DNA of 64,000 nucleotides from the human T2T-CHM13v2.0 reference genome, Homo sapiens. The notes under the pieces are model-generated. The model did no database searches, was not told where the DNA came from, and saw nothing but the letters and a program-made list of their open reading frames with translations. How positions within the stretch are numbered: position 1 is the stretch's first letter; every line of letters starts with the position of its first letter. The translations under genes and the position numbers were made by a program. Positions 17,216 through 27,408 of the stretch are shown here, piece by piece. Location of the stretch: NCBI RefSeq assembly GCF_009914755.1, contig NC_060928.1; one strand, 5' to 3'.

Positions 17216-17601
17216 CAGTCATGTGTCTTCATGATGGAGATATGTTTTGAGAAATGTGGTTTCATCGTTGTGTGAACATAATAGAGTGTACTTACACAAA
17301 CTAGATGATAGAGCCTGCTACACATCTAAGCTATATGGTATAGCCTATTACTCATAGGCTACAAACTTGTACAGCAAGTTACTGTACTAAATATTGTAGG
17401 CAGTTGTAACACAATGGTACTTGTGTATCCAAACATATCTAAACATAGAAAAGGTATGGTAAAAAAAATATAGTATTACAGTCTTTTTTCTTCTTTTTTT
17501 TTAAAAGCATATTTCTCAAATCTCTTGCAACTTAGGTATTATAATCCTATGGGACCACGTGTGGTCTGCCATTGACCAAAATGTTATGGGGCACATGACT
17601 G
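17216..17601. mobile_element. Tigger3a/MER7-like TcMar-Tigger MITE
   Basis: Terminal inverted repeats CAGTCATGTG ... CACATGACTG with TA on the left; internal GAGTGTACTTACACAAAC and GCTATATGGTATAGCCTATT. Confidence 0.85.
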
Positions 17602-18659
17602 TGTTTACCTCAAAAACAAATTGCCTCTAGTCAGTTTTAATTAAAAATGGATCTTCAACTAATAGGGCTTGTCTTTTCATCTCCAGACAGGTGTGTTTGC
17701 TGCCAATAGTCTTGGCCACAGCACTAACCAATGAGAAGGCTGTAGTGACAGTTTCAGGTCTCTGACATACATTTCCCCAATTTCTCTGCCTTTACTCTCA
17801 CAACCAGTCTTTGTGGTTCTTCTCTGAAAACTTCAGGTTTCATTGCTCCTAGAGAGCTTAACCATGAACACATCTCTAGCAAATACTGTGAGACTCAAAA
17901 CCACTACTGCATTTCAAGTTTGAGGATCTTGGGAGTTAGCAACTGTGAAATGGATTTACAAATTTAAATCAAGAAACTTAAATTCAGAAGAACATTTGCC
18001 CCAAGGACACATGAAAAAATGGTTTTTTAAGTGCTATATTGAGTACTTCTTAATCTTCAGCACTTTTTGTTCATGAAATCAATACAATACTAACATGATG
18101 CCAAGATAAGTTCATTACAGTAATCCTCCACTTAGTGAGCTACTTGAACCAGAAGTCAAGTGTGATCAGGATAGTTTCCCCGAAACCCAGAAAACCTGCA
18201 AATCTGCATCCAACCCACTTTCCAGGGGAAAGAAATAACCTTTGGAAGTCAAGTTGAAAAGCTTAGTCAAATATATTAATTATATGTTCTTTGAAAGTAA
18301 AAAGCATGGAATATAGAGTTGGGGCAAGTATATAAAGTATTATCTATGGGGAGAAGGGTAACTGGAGGTAAAGTTAACTTGACTAAAAACTGGTTCGAGT
18401 CCCCTGAAGTCATTTGCCCCAAGTAAAGCTGAGAAAATGAGGATATAAATCTCCAACAGCTAAAGAACATTTATGTTGTTCTCATCTAGAATGAGGCAAT
18501 CCTATTCTCTTACAAAGGCAGGTCTATGCTGATTATTCACATAAATACACTTACTTATGTTTAAAGATCTTAAAAGAGACAGTAAACTCATTTTATGAAT
18601 TTAGAGGGCAGATCAACAGGTAACGTATAGAGGCAGATTTCATTTTGATGTCAGGAAGA

Positions 18660-19450
18660 ATTGATTACGGTAAAAGATACATAACATAAATTTACCATTT
18701 TAACCATTTCAAAGTGTACAGTTCATTGGCATTAAGTACATTCACATTGTTGTGCAACCCTCATCACCATCCGTCACTGGAACTTTTTCATCATCCCAAA
18801 CTAAATCTCTGAAACGTATGAAACAGTAAGTCCCCATTCTCCCCTCGGCACCTCCAAGCCCCTGGTAATCACTATTCTACCTTCGGTGTCTATGAATTTA
18901 ACTATTCTAGGTACCTCATCTAAGTGGGATAATAAAATATCTATCTTTCCTTTTATGTCTGGCTTATTTCACTTAACATAATATCTTAAGCGTTCATCCA
19001 TGTGGTAGCATATATCATTCTTTTTTAAAGCTGAATAATGTTCTGTGTTATGTACATGTATTTATATACATATACATACATGTATATACCACATTTTGTT
19101 TATCCATTCTTCCACTGATGGATATTTGGATTGTTTCCATCTTTTGGCTAGTTTTCACCTTTTGGCTTTTCTGAATAATGCTGCTATGAATATGGGTGTA
19201 CAAATATCTGTTTGAGACTCTGCTTTCAATTATTCAGGTAAGTACCAAAAAGTAGAATTGCTGGATCATAGGGTAATTTTATGTTTAATTTTTGGAGGGC
19301 TGCCATGCTGTTTTCCACAACTGCTACACTATATTTTACATTCAGACTGGCAATGCACAAGGGTTCCAATTTCTCAACATTCTTGCCAACATTTGTTCTT
19401 TGCTGTTTTTGCTTTTGTTTTACTATAATGGCTATCCTAATAGGTGTGAA
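18660..19450 (-). mobile_element. L1MB-type LINE-1 3' fragment
   Basis: CATAAATTTACCATTTTAACCATTT, GTACATTCACATTGTTGTGCAACC, GCTGCTATGAATATGGGTGTACAAATATCTG. Confidence 0.85.
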
Positions 19451-19896
19451 GGAAGAATTTTTAGTAACTAGTCCTACACCACAGTGAGATCAGCTGTCTC
19501 AATAGGTGGGTCATGATGAATGTGTTCTAGCAAAGACTGGACAGATTGACATATTCAGATATGCAGGTGATGCACTGTCCAAGTGTGTCTGGCCACAGAG
19601 TGAATAAGGGCTGAAATCCAGCACATGTTTCACGGGCCAAGATGTGAACTGCCTCTTTTGGGAGGAAGCAGTAAGTTTTTCTTTCCCGAAAATATTGTCA
19701 GCTTGCCAAGCCACATGCCCAAAGGGTCACCTTTTTTTAATATAAACAATGGCACTTATAAAAGCTATTAGTTATTCTGGTTGGCTGATTCTCCCTCATA
19801 GAGAAGCTGTAAGATTAGTGAACAGGGTAATATCTAGTCTAACCCTACTAGATGACTATTAAGGCCTCTTTCAATGGTGGTTTTCTGTAGATCTCT

Positions 19897-20372
19897 TTGA
19901 TGGTTTTACAAAATGGTCCCTAAATTCTTTGACACTCCTCACACTAAGGGTTGGGCTCTATATACCCTCACCTTCAATCTGGGATTTGTGACTGCTTGAC
20001 TAATAGAATCAAGCAGAAATGACACGGTGCCAGTTTCTGGGCCCAGCCCTTAAGAAACTGGCAGCTTCCACTTTCTGTCTCTGGGGACATTCACTCTTGG
20101 ATCCCCGCCACCATGCTGTGAGGAAGCCCAAACCACAAGTCTCCACAAGTCTTTGTGGAGAGACGCACATGGAGAAAAACTAACACTCAACACCAAGCAA
20201 GTGAACTGTCTTGGAAGTGGATCCTCCAGCCCCTGCTACATGGAGCAAAAACGAGCTGTCCCAGACAGGCTCTGCCCAAACTGCAGACTGATAAGCAGAG
20301 TAAATGAGTGTTGTTATTTTAAGCCACTACGTTTTATAGTAATTTGTTTAGCTGCAGCAGATAGCCGGAACA
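19897..20372 (+). mobile_element. MLT1H-like MaLR LTR about 0.7-1.2 kb upstream of EDNRA exon 1
   Basis: AAATTCTTTGACACTCCTC, GTGACTGCTTGACTAATAGAAT, CCATGCTGTGAGGAAGCCCAA, TTTTAAGCCACTA, GCAGCAGATAGCCGGAACA. Confidence 0.75.
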
Positions 20373-20499
20373 GCATGGGATATAACATGACCAGTGCTCC
20401 AACCTCACACTTCTACCATGTGCTGACTCTAGCAGTGCACTGAAGGACTCCAAGGCAGGCCTTCCCTGAGGAGACCCCAGTTTTTACTCACATGTCACA

Positions 20500-21770
20500 G
20501 GCAGTGGCCTTTGTCCCTCATCTCCTCTCCCACCCCCAATTTAGGATAAAGTATCTGCCGTGATAAAGACGTTGAGACCCACTTTCTGTAAGGTCGGCTT
20601 CTTCATTGTTTGAATTTCTTGAGGTTTCACGGAGCCACGCGCTGGAACCTTCCATAGTCTCTCCTGAGGCTCCTTCTTTGCCCTGGGCTGGAGGTCTGTA
20701 GCCGTGGGATGCTGGCTACAAGGGACAAGATAGAAGCAAACCACCTGATCCAGTAAACTGCTGTCCACTTCGGCTCCTCAACGGCCTCTAAGCTTAAGAG
20801 GGAGCACGCAAGCCAAGCAAAGGCGGCAGGGAAGACGGAGAAGAAACCACCCGTGGGCCCTGGCTCTGTGTCCAGTTGTTCCGTCACAGATCAAATCTGC
20901 CTGCACTAAGAGGATGGGTTCCTCTGCAAGGCCTTTCGGAATTCTGAGTCTTGTCTGTCAAACTCTACCCTCTCTCCTCCACATCCCCCACCTTTTCTTT
21001 CAGGAAGGAAATAGTTAAAAAAGACTCCTGCCCTTCAGGGCCTGGAAGGGGGCGGCAGCTTTGTGCTTTTTAGTGGCCGCGTCCCAGGATAGCTGGAAGG
21101 TTAGGACGCTCTTGCGGTCCCAGAGTGGAGTGGAAGGTCTGGAGCTTTGGGAGGAGACGGGGAGGACAGACTGGAGGCGTGTTCCTCCGGAGTTTTCTTT
21201 TTCGTGCGAGCCCTCGCGCGCGCGTACAGTCATCCCGCTGGTCTGACGATTGTGGAGAGGCGGTGGAGAGGCTTCATCCATCCCACCCGGTCGTCGCCGG
21301 GGATTGGGGTCCCAGCGAGACCTCCCCGGGAGAAGCAGTGCCCAGGAAGTTTTCTGAAGCCGGGGAAGCTGTGCAGCCGAAGCCGCCGCCGCGCCGGAGC
21401 CCGGGACACCGGCCACCCTCCGCGCCACCCACCCTCGCCGGCTCCGGCTTCCTCTGGCCCAGGCGCCGCGCGGACCCGGCAGCTGTCTGCGCACGCCGAG
21501 CTCCACGGTCGGTGCAAGTCTTTCTTATCGGGGACTGGGACTGGGGCGGGTGCGGGGATGGCGGAGACGCTGCCTGGGCCCCTCGGTCGGGAGAAGACGA
21601 GAGCTGGGAACGTTCTGGCCCGACCGCCCTGCAGCTTGGGCGACCCGTCGCAGCAGGGGCTGGCACCCACTTGCCCCAGGGCGCGCGGGGAGGCGGGCGC
21701 CTTCCGTGAGGGGTGTGCTGCGGACACGTGTAGGGTTCGGGGAACTTCACCTCTCCACGTTAGGGTTTAG
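20500..21770 (+). promoter_or_regulatory. EDNRA: EDNRA TATA-less CpG-island promoter
   Basis: Only CpG-dense region of the window (about 21050-21760); GC box GGGGGCGG 21048-21055; CArG CCAATTTAGG 20536-20545 with adjacent GATAA motifs; no TATA box. Confidence 0.85.
21076..21507 (+). other. EDNRA: EDNRA exon 1 (non-coding 5' UTR); start position approximate
   Basis: Recognised EDNRA 5' UTR ...GCACGCCGAGCTCCACG joins GTGAAAAAAAAG of exon 2; donor ACG|GTCGGT at 21507/21508. The TSS cannot be fixed from sequence (roughly 21075-21230). Confidence 0.8.
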
Positions 21771-23831
21771 GATTCGGAGTTTTAGGAAGAGGAAGCCCAA
21801 TAGTTTTCCCTGGGTGACCCCTTTTCCCCAGGCATGCAAGAACTTTGAGGAACGCCAAGCTCTGTGGCTTGCTCCAGCGCCTACTTGTGAAGTTGGCTCC
21901 ACAGCCTTTTCTTACTGGCTTGCTTTTCCTCCCCCACATCTGGGTCTGGGTATGCCAAGGGTAGCCAAGGGCACTCGGTGTGAGGGACTGAGGTGTTTGG
22001 GGAAACCCCCTGTGTAGCTAGTTTTGGAAACCTGCCTGTGGAGGTCTGGGCGTTTTGTTCTGTGCTCGCCTTTAAAGGACACTTGTTGCTTCTCACGTGC
22101 AGAAAACAAGGGCTGCTTCTAGATAATCACCCTCTGTTTACATCATCCTAATGGCTTTCCCCTGATAGAGTTGGGGGTGGGAGGCATATTAAACTCAGGC
22201 GTTGTCTCTAAGGAGAGTTGCTCATTTCTTAACCAGAGAGCAAAACCTCAGAAAACTTGTAAAAAGTTCCTACTTTTACTTGTTTTTTCCTCCACCTGTA
22301 GTTGTCTATGTGTTAGCTAATTGAGAAACACCTTGGCAGTCATTTCATGTAAATTGAATGCTCTAAACTCATGCCATTTTGATAAGGTCTGAATTTCCAA
22401 ATTACCAATTACAGGTGAACTTTGATCCTGAGAGTCTCATATGTTAAATGGTTAAAGTGTAAGTGTAAGGATTCAGTCCTCTTTCTTAATAATAGTTTTT
22501 GCACTCCCCAAACTCTCAGATTCCAAATAGGAAGAATGCTGAATCTATAGACCATGTCCTTCAGGTCTGAACCTGAGATGCTTCACTAGCGCTATGACTG
22601 ATTATGAGTGATGATTCAAAGCACAGCCTGACTCAGATTCCTGGAAATGAGCTACAGACCCACCTTGGAAGAACCTGCAGTTGAGGGGCTTCTTTCATTT
22701 GGTTTTGTACTTTTCAGCCAATGATAATATGACATCCACAGGCCTTTGCCAAGTATCCCTTAGTTTTGCAGCTTAACATGTGTGGAGAGCTGATAGAGAA
22801 GTCATCAGAAATGATTTCTGTAGTGGTGTCATTGTTGGAGGAGGAAGGAAGGGGGTTTTAATGATAGCTGGCTCTCATGCCTTAAGAACCCACAGCGTTG
22901 GCCTTACCTCCTGGCATAATCAGCTAACCAAGCAGACCAGCATGCTAACGTTCAAAGCACCACAGGACCTCTGATGAGTAGAGCAGTACCCACCGTAGCC
23001 AGGTCAGTTCACAGGTCAGTTCCCAGCCGACTGTAACCGGCAGAGAGCCATTCCATTTCTGCAAAGGCCTTCTCTCTCTCATTTTTAAGAAAGCTGTTAT
23101 TGAAGGTTCCCTTTCATTTGGGAAGCTGGAAGACGTTAGTCACGAAACAGCACAAGATATGAAAGTATTTCTTCTCCCCCCTGTATCTGTGATCCAAAAA
23201 GGAGGATGACAAGAAGCTTTTCTCTTGGAGTCCTGGTGTTCCCTTTGGAATGGAAATGGTGTCATTTCATAGGTCTATCAATTTTTGGCCAGATACTCAC
23301 TCCAGATTATAAGAAGCAGGAAAAAACTGCAAACTGTTTATAATTAAGTCTAGTCAGAGCTGACAAATACATGGCCTGCCTCTAGCCTTGAAAAATTGAT
23401 ATTTTTCCCATTTAATCAGAGTGAGTCAAGTCCTATAAGCAAAATTATGTGTCCTGCCATTTCTTGGCTTTGAAACCTTGACCTAAATACTTCTTCAAGA
23501 CTCTGGTTTCCTTATAAGTAAAATGGAGATATTGCTCCTGCCTACCTAGAGTCGTAAAGCTCAAGGCAGATAACAGATACATATATAATAAGTTACTATA
23601 TGTAAATACTATTATTATTTCAGAGTTCAGGGGGAAATCTCTGGGGAAGGCAAAAGTATCCAATACTTGCACTTTATATATACCCTATACTTTCTATGCA
23701 ACTTGAATAAATCTTATTTTATCCACGTATTGGCCAAACCTAAGCTTTACTGATTTCCCAAGATAATTGTCAAAATTCCTAAAAGTGGTTAACATCAACC
23801 TTGAATACACTCAGAAAAAGGATTCAATTTT

Positions 23832-24155
23832 ATTTTTTACTTTTTATTTATTTAATTTTTTTTTTTTTTTTGAGACAGGGTCTCACTCTGCTGCTCAGGA
23901 TGGAGTGCAGTGACTCGATCATAGCTCCCTGCAGCCTTAACCTCCTGGACTCAAGTGATTCTCCCATCTCAGCCTCCCAAGTAGCTGAGACTACAGGCAC
24001 ACGCCACCATGCCTGTCTAATCTTTTTTATGTTTTGTAAAGACAGGGTCTCACTAAGTTGCCCAGGCTAGTTTCAAACTCCTGGGCTCAAGTGATCCTCC
24101 TGCTTTGGCCTCCCAAAGTGCTGAGATTATAGACATGAGCCACCACACCCAACCA
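23832..24155 (-). mobile_element. AluJ SINE in intron 1
   Basis: Full dimer; TSD GGA(T/C)TCAATTTT at 23820-23831 and 24156-24167. Confidence 0.9.
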
Positions 24156-24529
24156 GGACTCAATTTTTTTAAGATTAAATTATGACCTGGGTATATACAT
24201 CACAGACACGTACACACACCACCGCATAAATCAGATTATGTCTTCATTTGAAGATTCATAAAAGCCTACAGAAAAGGAAATATATAAAATATTGAAATAG
24301 GATGAGCTATTTTTAATTATCTTTGATTATTCCTTATTAAGGTCTCCTAGACTTCCTGGACAGGAAGGACCACTTGCTCTCTGCAAGTGACTTAAAAATA
24401 AATAAATAAATAAATAAACCACACCAGATGGTCTTTGAAAATGTCTAACCACCCTCCTGAGTCTATTGCTTCATCTAAACTCTGGAGACTTCTTTAAAAT
24501 ATTTTACATACAAATAAAGCACAAGAATG

Positions 24530-24770
24530 AGAGACAGGATGGTTTAGTGGTTAACAGCTCCGGCTCAGAGTTGGACTGACCTGCCTTAGAATCGCAGTGT
24601 TGCCACCCATCACCTGTGGCCTTGACAAGCTGCTTCACCCTCCTGGGCCTCTGTTTCCCTATCTTCAAAATTGAACCGTGGATCTACCCCACAGGACCAT
24701 TGTATGGATTACAGGGCATCATGCACATATAGTACTGAGTACAGTGACTGGCATAAAATAAATGTAGCTA
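24530..24770 (+). mobile_element. MIR SINE
   Basis: GTTTAGTGGTTAACAGC...CTGTGGCCTTGACAAG...GGCCTCTGTTTCCCTATCT...CAGTGACTGGCATA. Confidence 0.7.
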
Positions 24771-25378
24771 TATAGGATGGTTAAAAGATAGCATGGGGAC
24801 AGGTGTCCCTTGGAAACCAAAATACTATGACTAGCCTGGAAAAGTTCATTACTCCCATTTCATTCATCAGCAAATACCGTATTGTGATGATAATTTCTGA
24901 GAAATGAAAAAGCAAAAAAACTCCTGTAAAAAATTTAGATTTTATACATTAATCATCAAGGTTTTCAAAACAAATGTTTTTATCAATTATTTCATTCTTA
25001 ATTGAAACTAAAATTGTTAGATGTGTTAATGGTGTTAACCAGAGTTCTCATTAACATTTCATAACACTTTAGATGGCTACCTGTGCTGCACTTCATCCCT
25101 ATGTTCATTATTTATCATATGCAAGACAGCACACATTTTAGAAGATTCAATTTTTACATTCGATAATTTTATTTTATGCCTCAATACTCTGTACCCTTTA
25201 CTCAGCATATAATGCCTTTTCTCTTTCATTAAAAAATATGTTTGTATCTCAACTCTTGAAGATTTTTGTAATTCAGGTTCTTATCAGCCTGAATGTAGAG
25301 AAAGAAGTAACTACTACTTAAAGGAAAAACTGACATAGCCTCATCCATATTATGATGTAGATATAAGTATAGCTATGT

Positions 25379-25562
25379 ATAGAGATGAGTGAGAGAGACA
25401 AAGCTAGAGAGATAGGGAGATGGAGATAGAGCTAGAGATGGAAATAGAGACAGAGATAGATAGCTATAGAGACGGAAATGGAGACAGAGACAGAGACGGA
25501 GATGACAGAGATGATGGAGATGATGGAGATGGAGATGGAGACTGACATAGAGGAGATAGAGC
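25379..25562 (+). repeat. Degenerate purine-rich hexamer repeat (GAGATR / GAGACR)n
   Basis: Visible run GGAGAT GGAGAT AGAGCT AGAGAT GGAAAT AGAGAC... Confidence 0.85.
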
Positions 25563-25745
25563 TTGCCCTAATAGAGCTTCAGTTTTTTTCTGGTTTTGCT
25601 CTGTCATAGGGTAACCTGATATACATATATCTTATCTAATCACCAAATATATCCTGCATTTTAATTGAATCAATAAATAATCATTGACTATGATCTTTTT
25701 GGCAACTGGGTTTTGGAACAAAAATTATTTTTCCTTTTGTTTCAG

Positions 25746-25815
25746 GTGAAAAAAAAGTGAAGGTGTAAAAGCAGCACAAGTGCAATAAGAGATATTTCCT
25801 CAAATTTGCCTCAAG
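25746..25815 (+). other. EDNRA: EDNRA exon 2, 5' UTR portion
   Basis: Acceptor TTTTTCCTTTTGTTTCAG| at 25745; 70 nt to the ATG in context CAAGATGG. Confidence 0.92.
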
Positions 25816-26235
25816 ATGGAAACCCTTTGCCTCAGGGCATCCTTTTGGCTGGCACTGGTTGGATGTGTAATCAGTGATAATCCTGAGAGATACAGCACAA
25901 ATCTAAGCAATCATGTGGATGATTTCACCACTTTTCGTGGCACAGAGCTCAGCTTCCTGGTTACCACTCATCAACCCACTAATTTGGTCCTACCCAGCAA
26001 TGGCTCAATGCACAACTATTGCCCACAGCAGACTAAAATTACTTCAGCTTTCAAATACATTAACACTGTGATATCTTGTACTATTTTCATCGTGGGAATG
26101 GTGGGGAATGCAACTCTGCTCAGGATCATTTACCAGAACAAATGTATGAGGAATGGCCCCAACGCGCTGATAGCCAGTCTTGCCCTTGGAGACCTTATCT
26201 ATGTGGTCATTGATCTCCCTATCAATGTATTTAAG
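25816..26235 (+). CDS. EDNRA: Endothelin receptor type A, exon 2 CDS (aa 1-140: signal peptide, N-terminus, TM1, TM2)
   Basis: METLCLRASFWLALVGCVISDNPERYSTNLS...GNATLLRIIYQNKCMRNGPNALIASLALGDLIYVVIDLPINVFK; class A GPCR GN and LAxxD motifs; N-glycosylation sequons NLS and NGS; 420 nt with phase-0 donor AAG|GTAGGA. Confidence 0.99.
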
Positions 26236-27007
26236 GTAGGAAGTAACCACAAATGTATTTGCAAATTTAAACCCATGCTCTGATTCCACGTGGAGAGTTG
26301 CTGCAGACTTTTCTGACCTTTGGAATTTTATCTGTGTTTTTACTGAGAGCTATTTCTGCTGTCTTCTAACTACTAGTTTTAAGATTTACAAATTTTATTA
26401 TCTGTCTTATGTTACACTTAGTTTCTACCTTAATTGTAACAAAATAGTATTTCAGGGATGATGGTTCAAAATCATGGTGTTTCATGACTTGGATTCTCAT
26501 GCCACCCCTGGGCTTGCTGGTTGGATAGGCTGTCTTGGCAAGATCCCTGGATTTTTATGAAATGCAATTTCCAGAGTGAGAGCTACTAGGCCCAGAAAAT
26601 ACTTGAAACAAACATATCCTTGAGTTTAGTTACTGTTGAATATGATGCTGTTCAGAAGCCAGATATCTACAGTCCAGCTTGAAATGAATTGTATTTATTT
26701 TATTTTGACTGTCTAGATTAATGATTAAAGCCAAAGGGCATCCTGGCTTTTCTCAGTGATATGGGTGACTTAGAGATAATGGGGTCCACATGATAGCAGG
26801 CCACTGTTGACCTTGCTGAGCAGCATTACTAACTAATACCACTTAAAATTGGCCTGCTTTACTGTGGTCTCCTTCATTTCTTCAGTCTGCATTTATTGAG
26901 CACCCACTGTGTGCCCACCCCTGAGCTAGGCAGTAAGGAACCAAAAAGAAACACAACAAAGTCAGTGCCTCAGTGTGAGAGGAAGATAACTAACCTTGCT
27001 TACAGAC

Positions 27008-27408
27008 TGTATTAGGCCATTTCTACATTGCTATTAAAAAAAAAAAAAAGGCTGGGTAATTTATAAAGAAAAGAGATTTGATTGGCTCACAGCTCTGTAG
27101 GCTGTACATGCATGGCTCCAGCATCTGCTTCTGGTGAGGGCCTCAGGAAGCTTCCAAATATGGCAGAGGGAGAAGGGGTGCAGGCACGTAACATGGCAAG
27201 AGCAGGAGCAAGAGAGAAGGGGGCAAGGCACCACACTTGCAAACCACCAGATGTCTCGAGAATCACTCACTAATGCAAGGACAGCACCAAGCCATTCATG
27301 GGAGATCTGCCCCCATGAGCCAGACACCTCCCACCAGTTCCTACCTCCAACATTGGGGATTACATTTCAACATGAGATTTGGAGGGGACAAACATCCAAA
27401 CTATATCA
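27008..27408 (-). mobile_element. MSTA/MSTB MaLR solo LTR
   Basis: TG...CA termini, GGCTGGGTAATTTATAAAGAAAAGAG, CAACATGAGATTTGGAGGGGACAAACATCCAAAC; 5-bp TSD CAGAC/GAGAC. Confidence 0.9.

Noticed and set aside
21015-22017. Overlapping 155-207 aa ORFs on both strands
   Set aside because: Expected from stop-codon scarcity in a GC-rich CpG island; low-complexity R/G/P/A content, no recognisable domain, and they cross the exon 1 donor.
26236-26283. C-terminal VGSNHKCICKFKPML of the 155-aa ORF
   Set aside because: Read-through into intron 2 past the AAG|GTAGGA donor; not part of the receptor.
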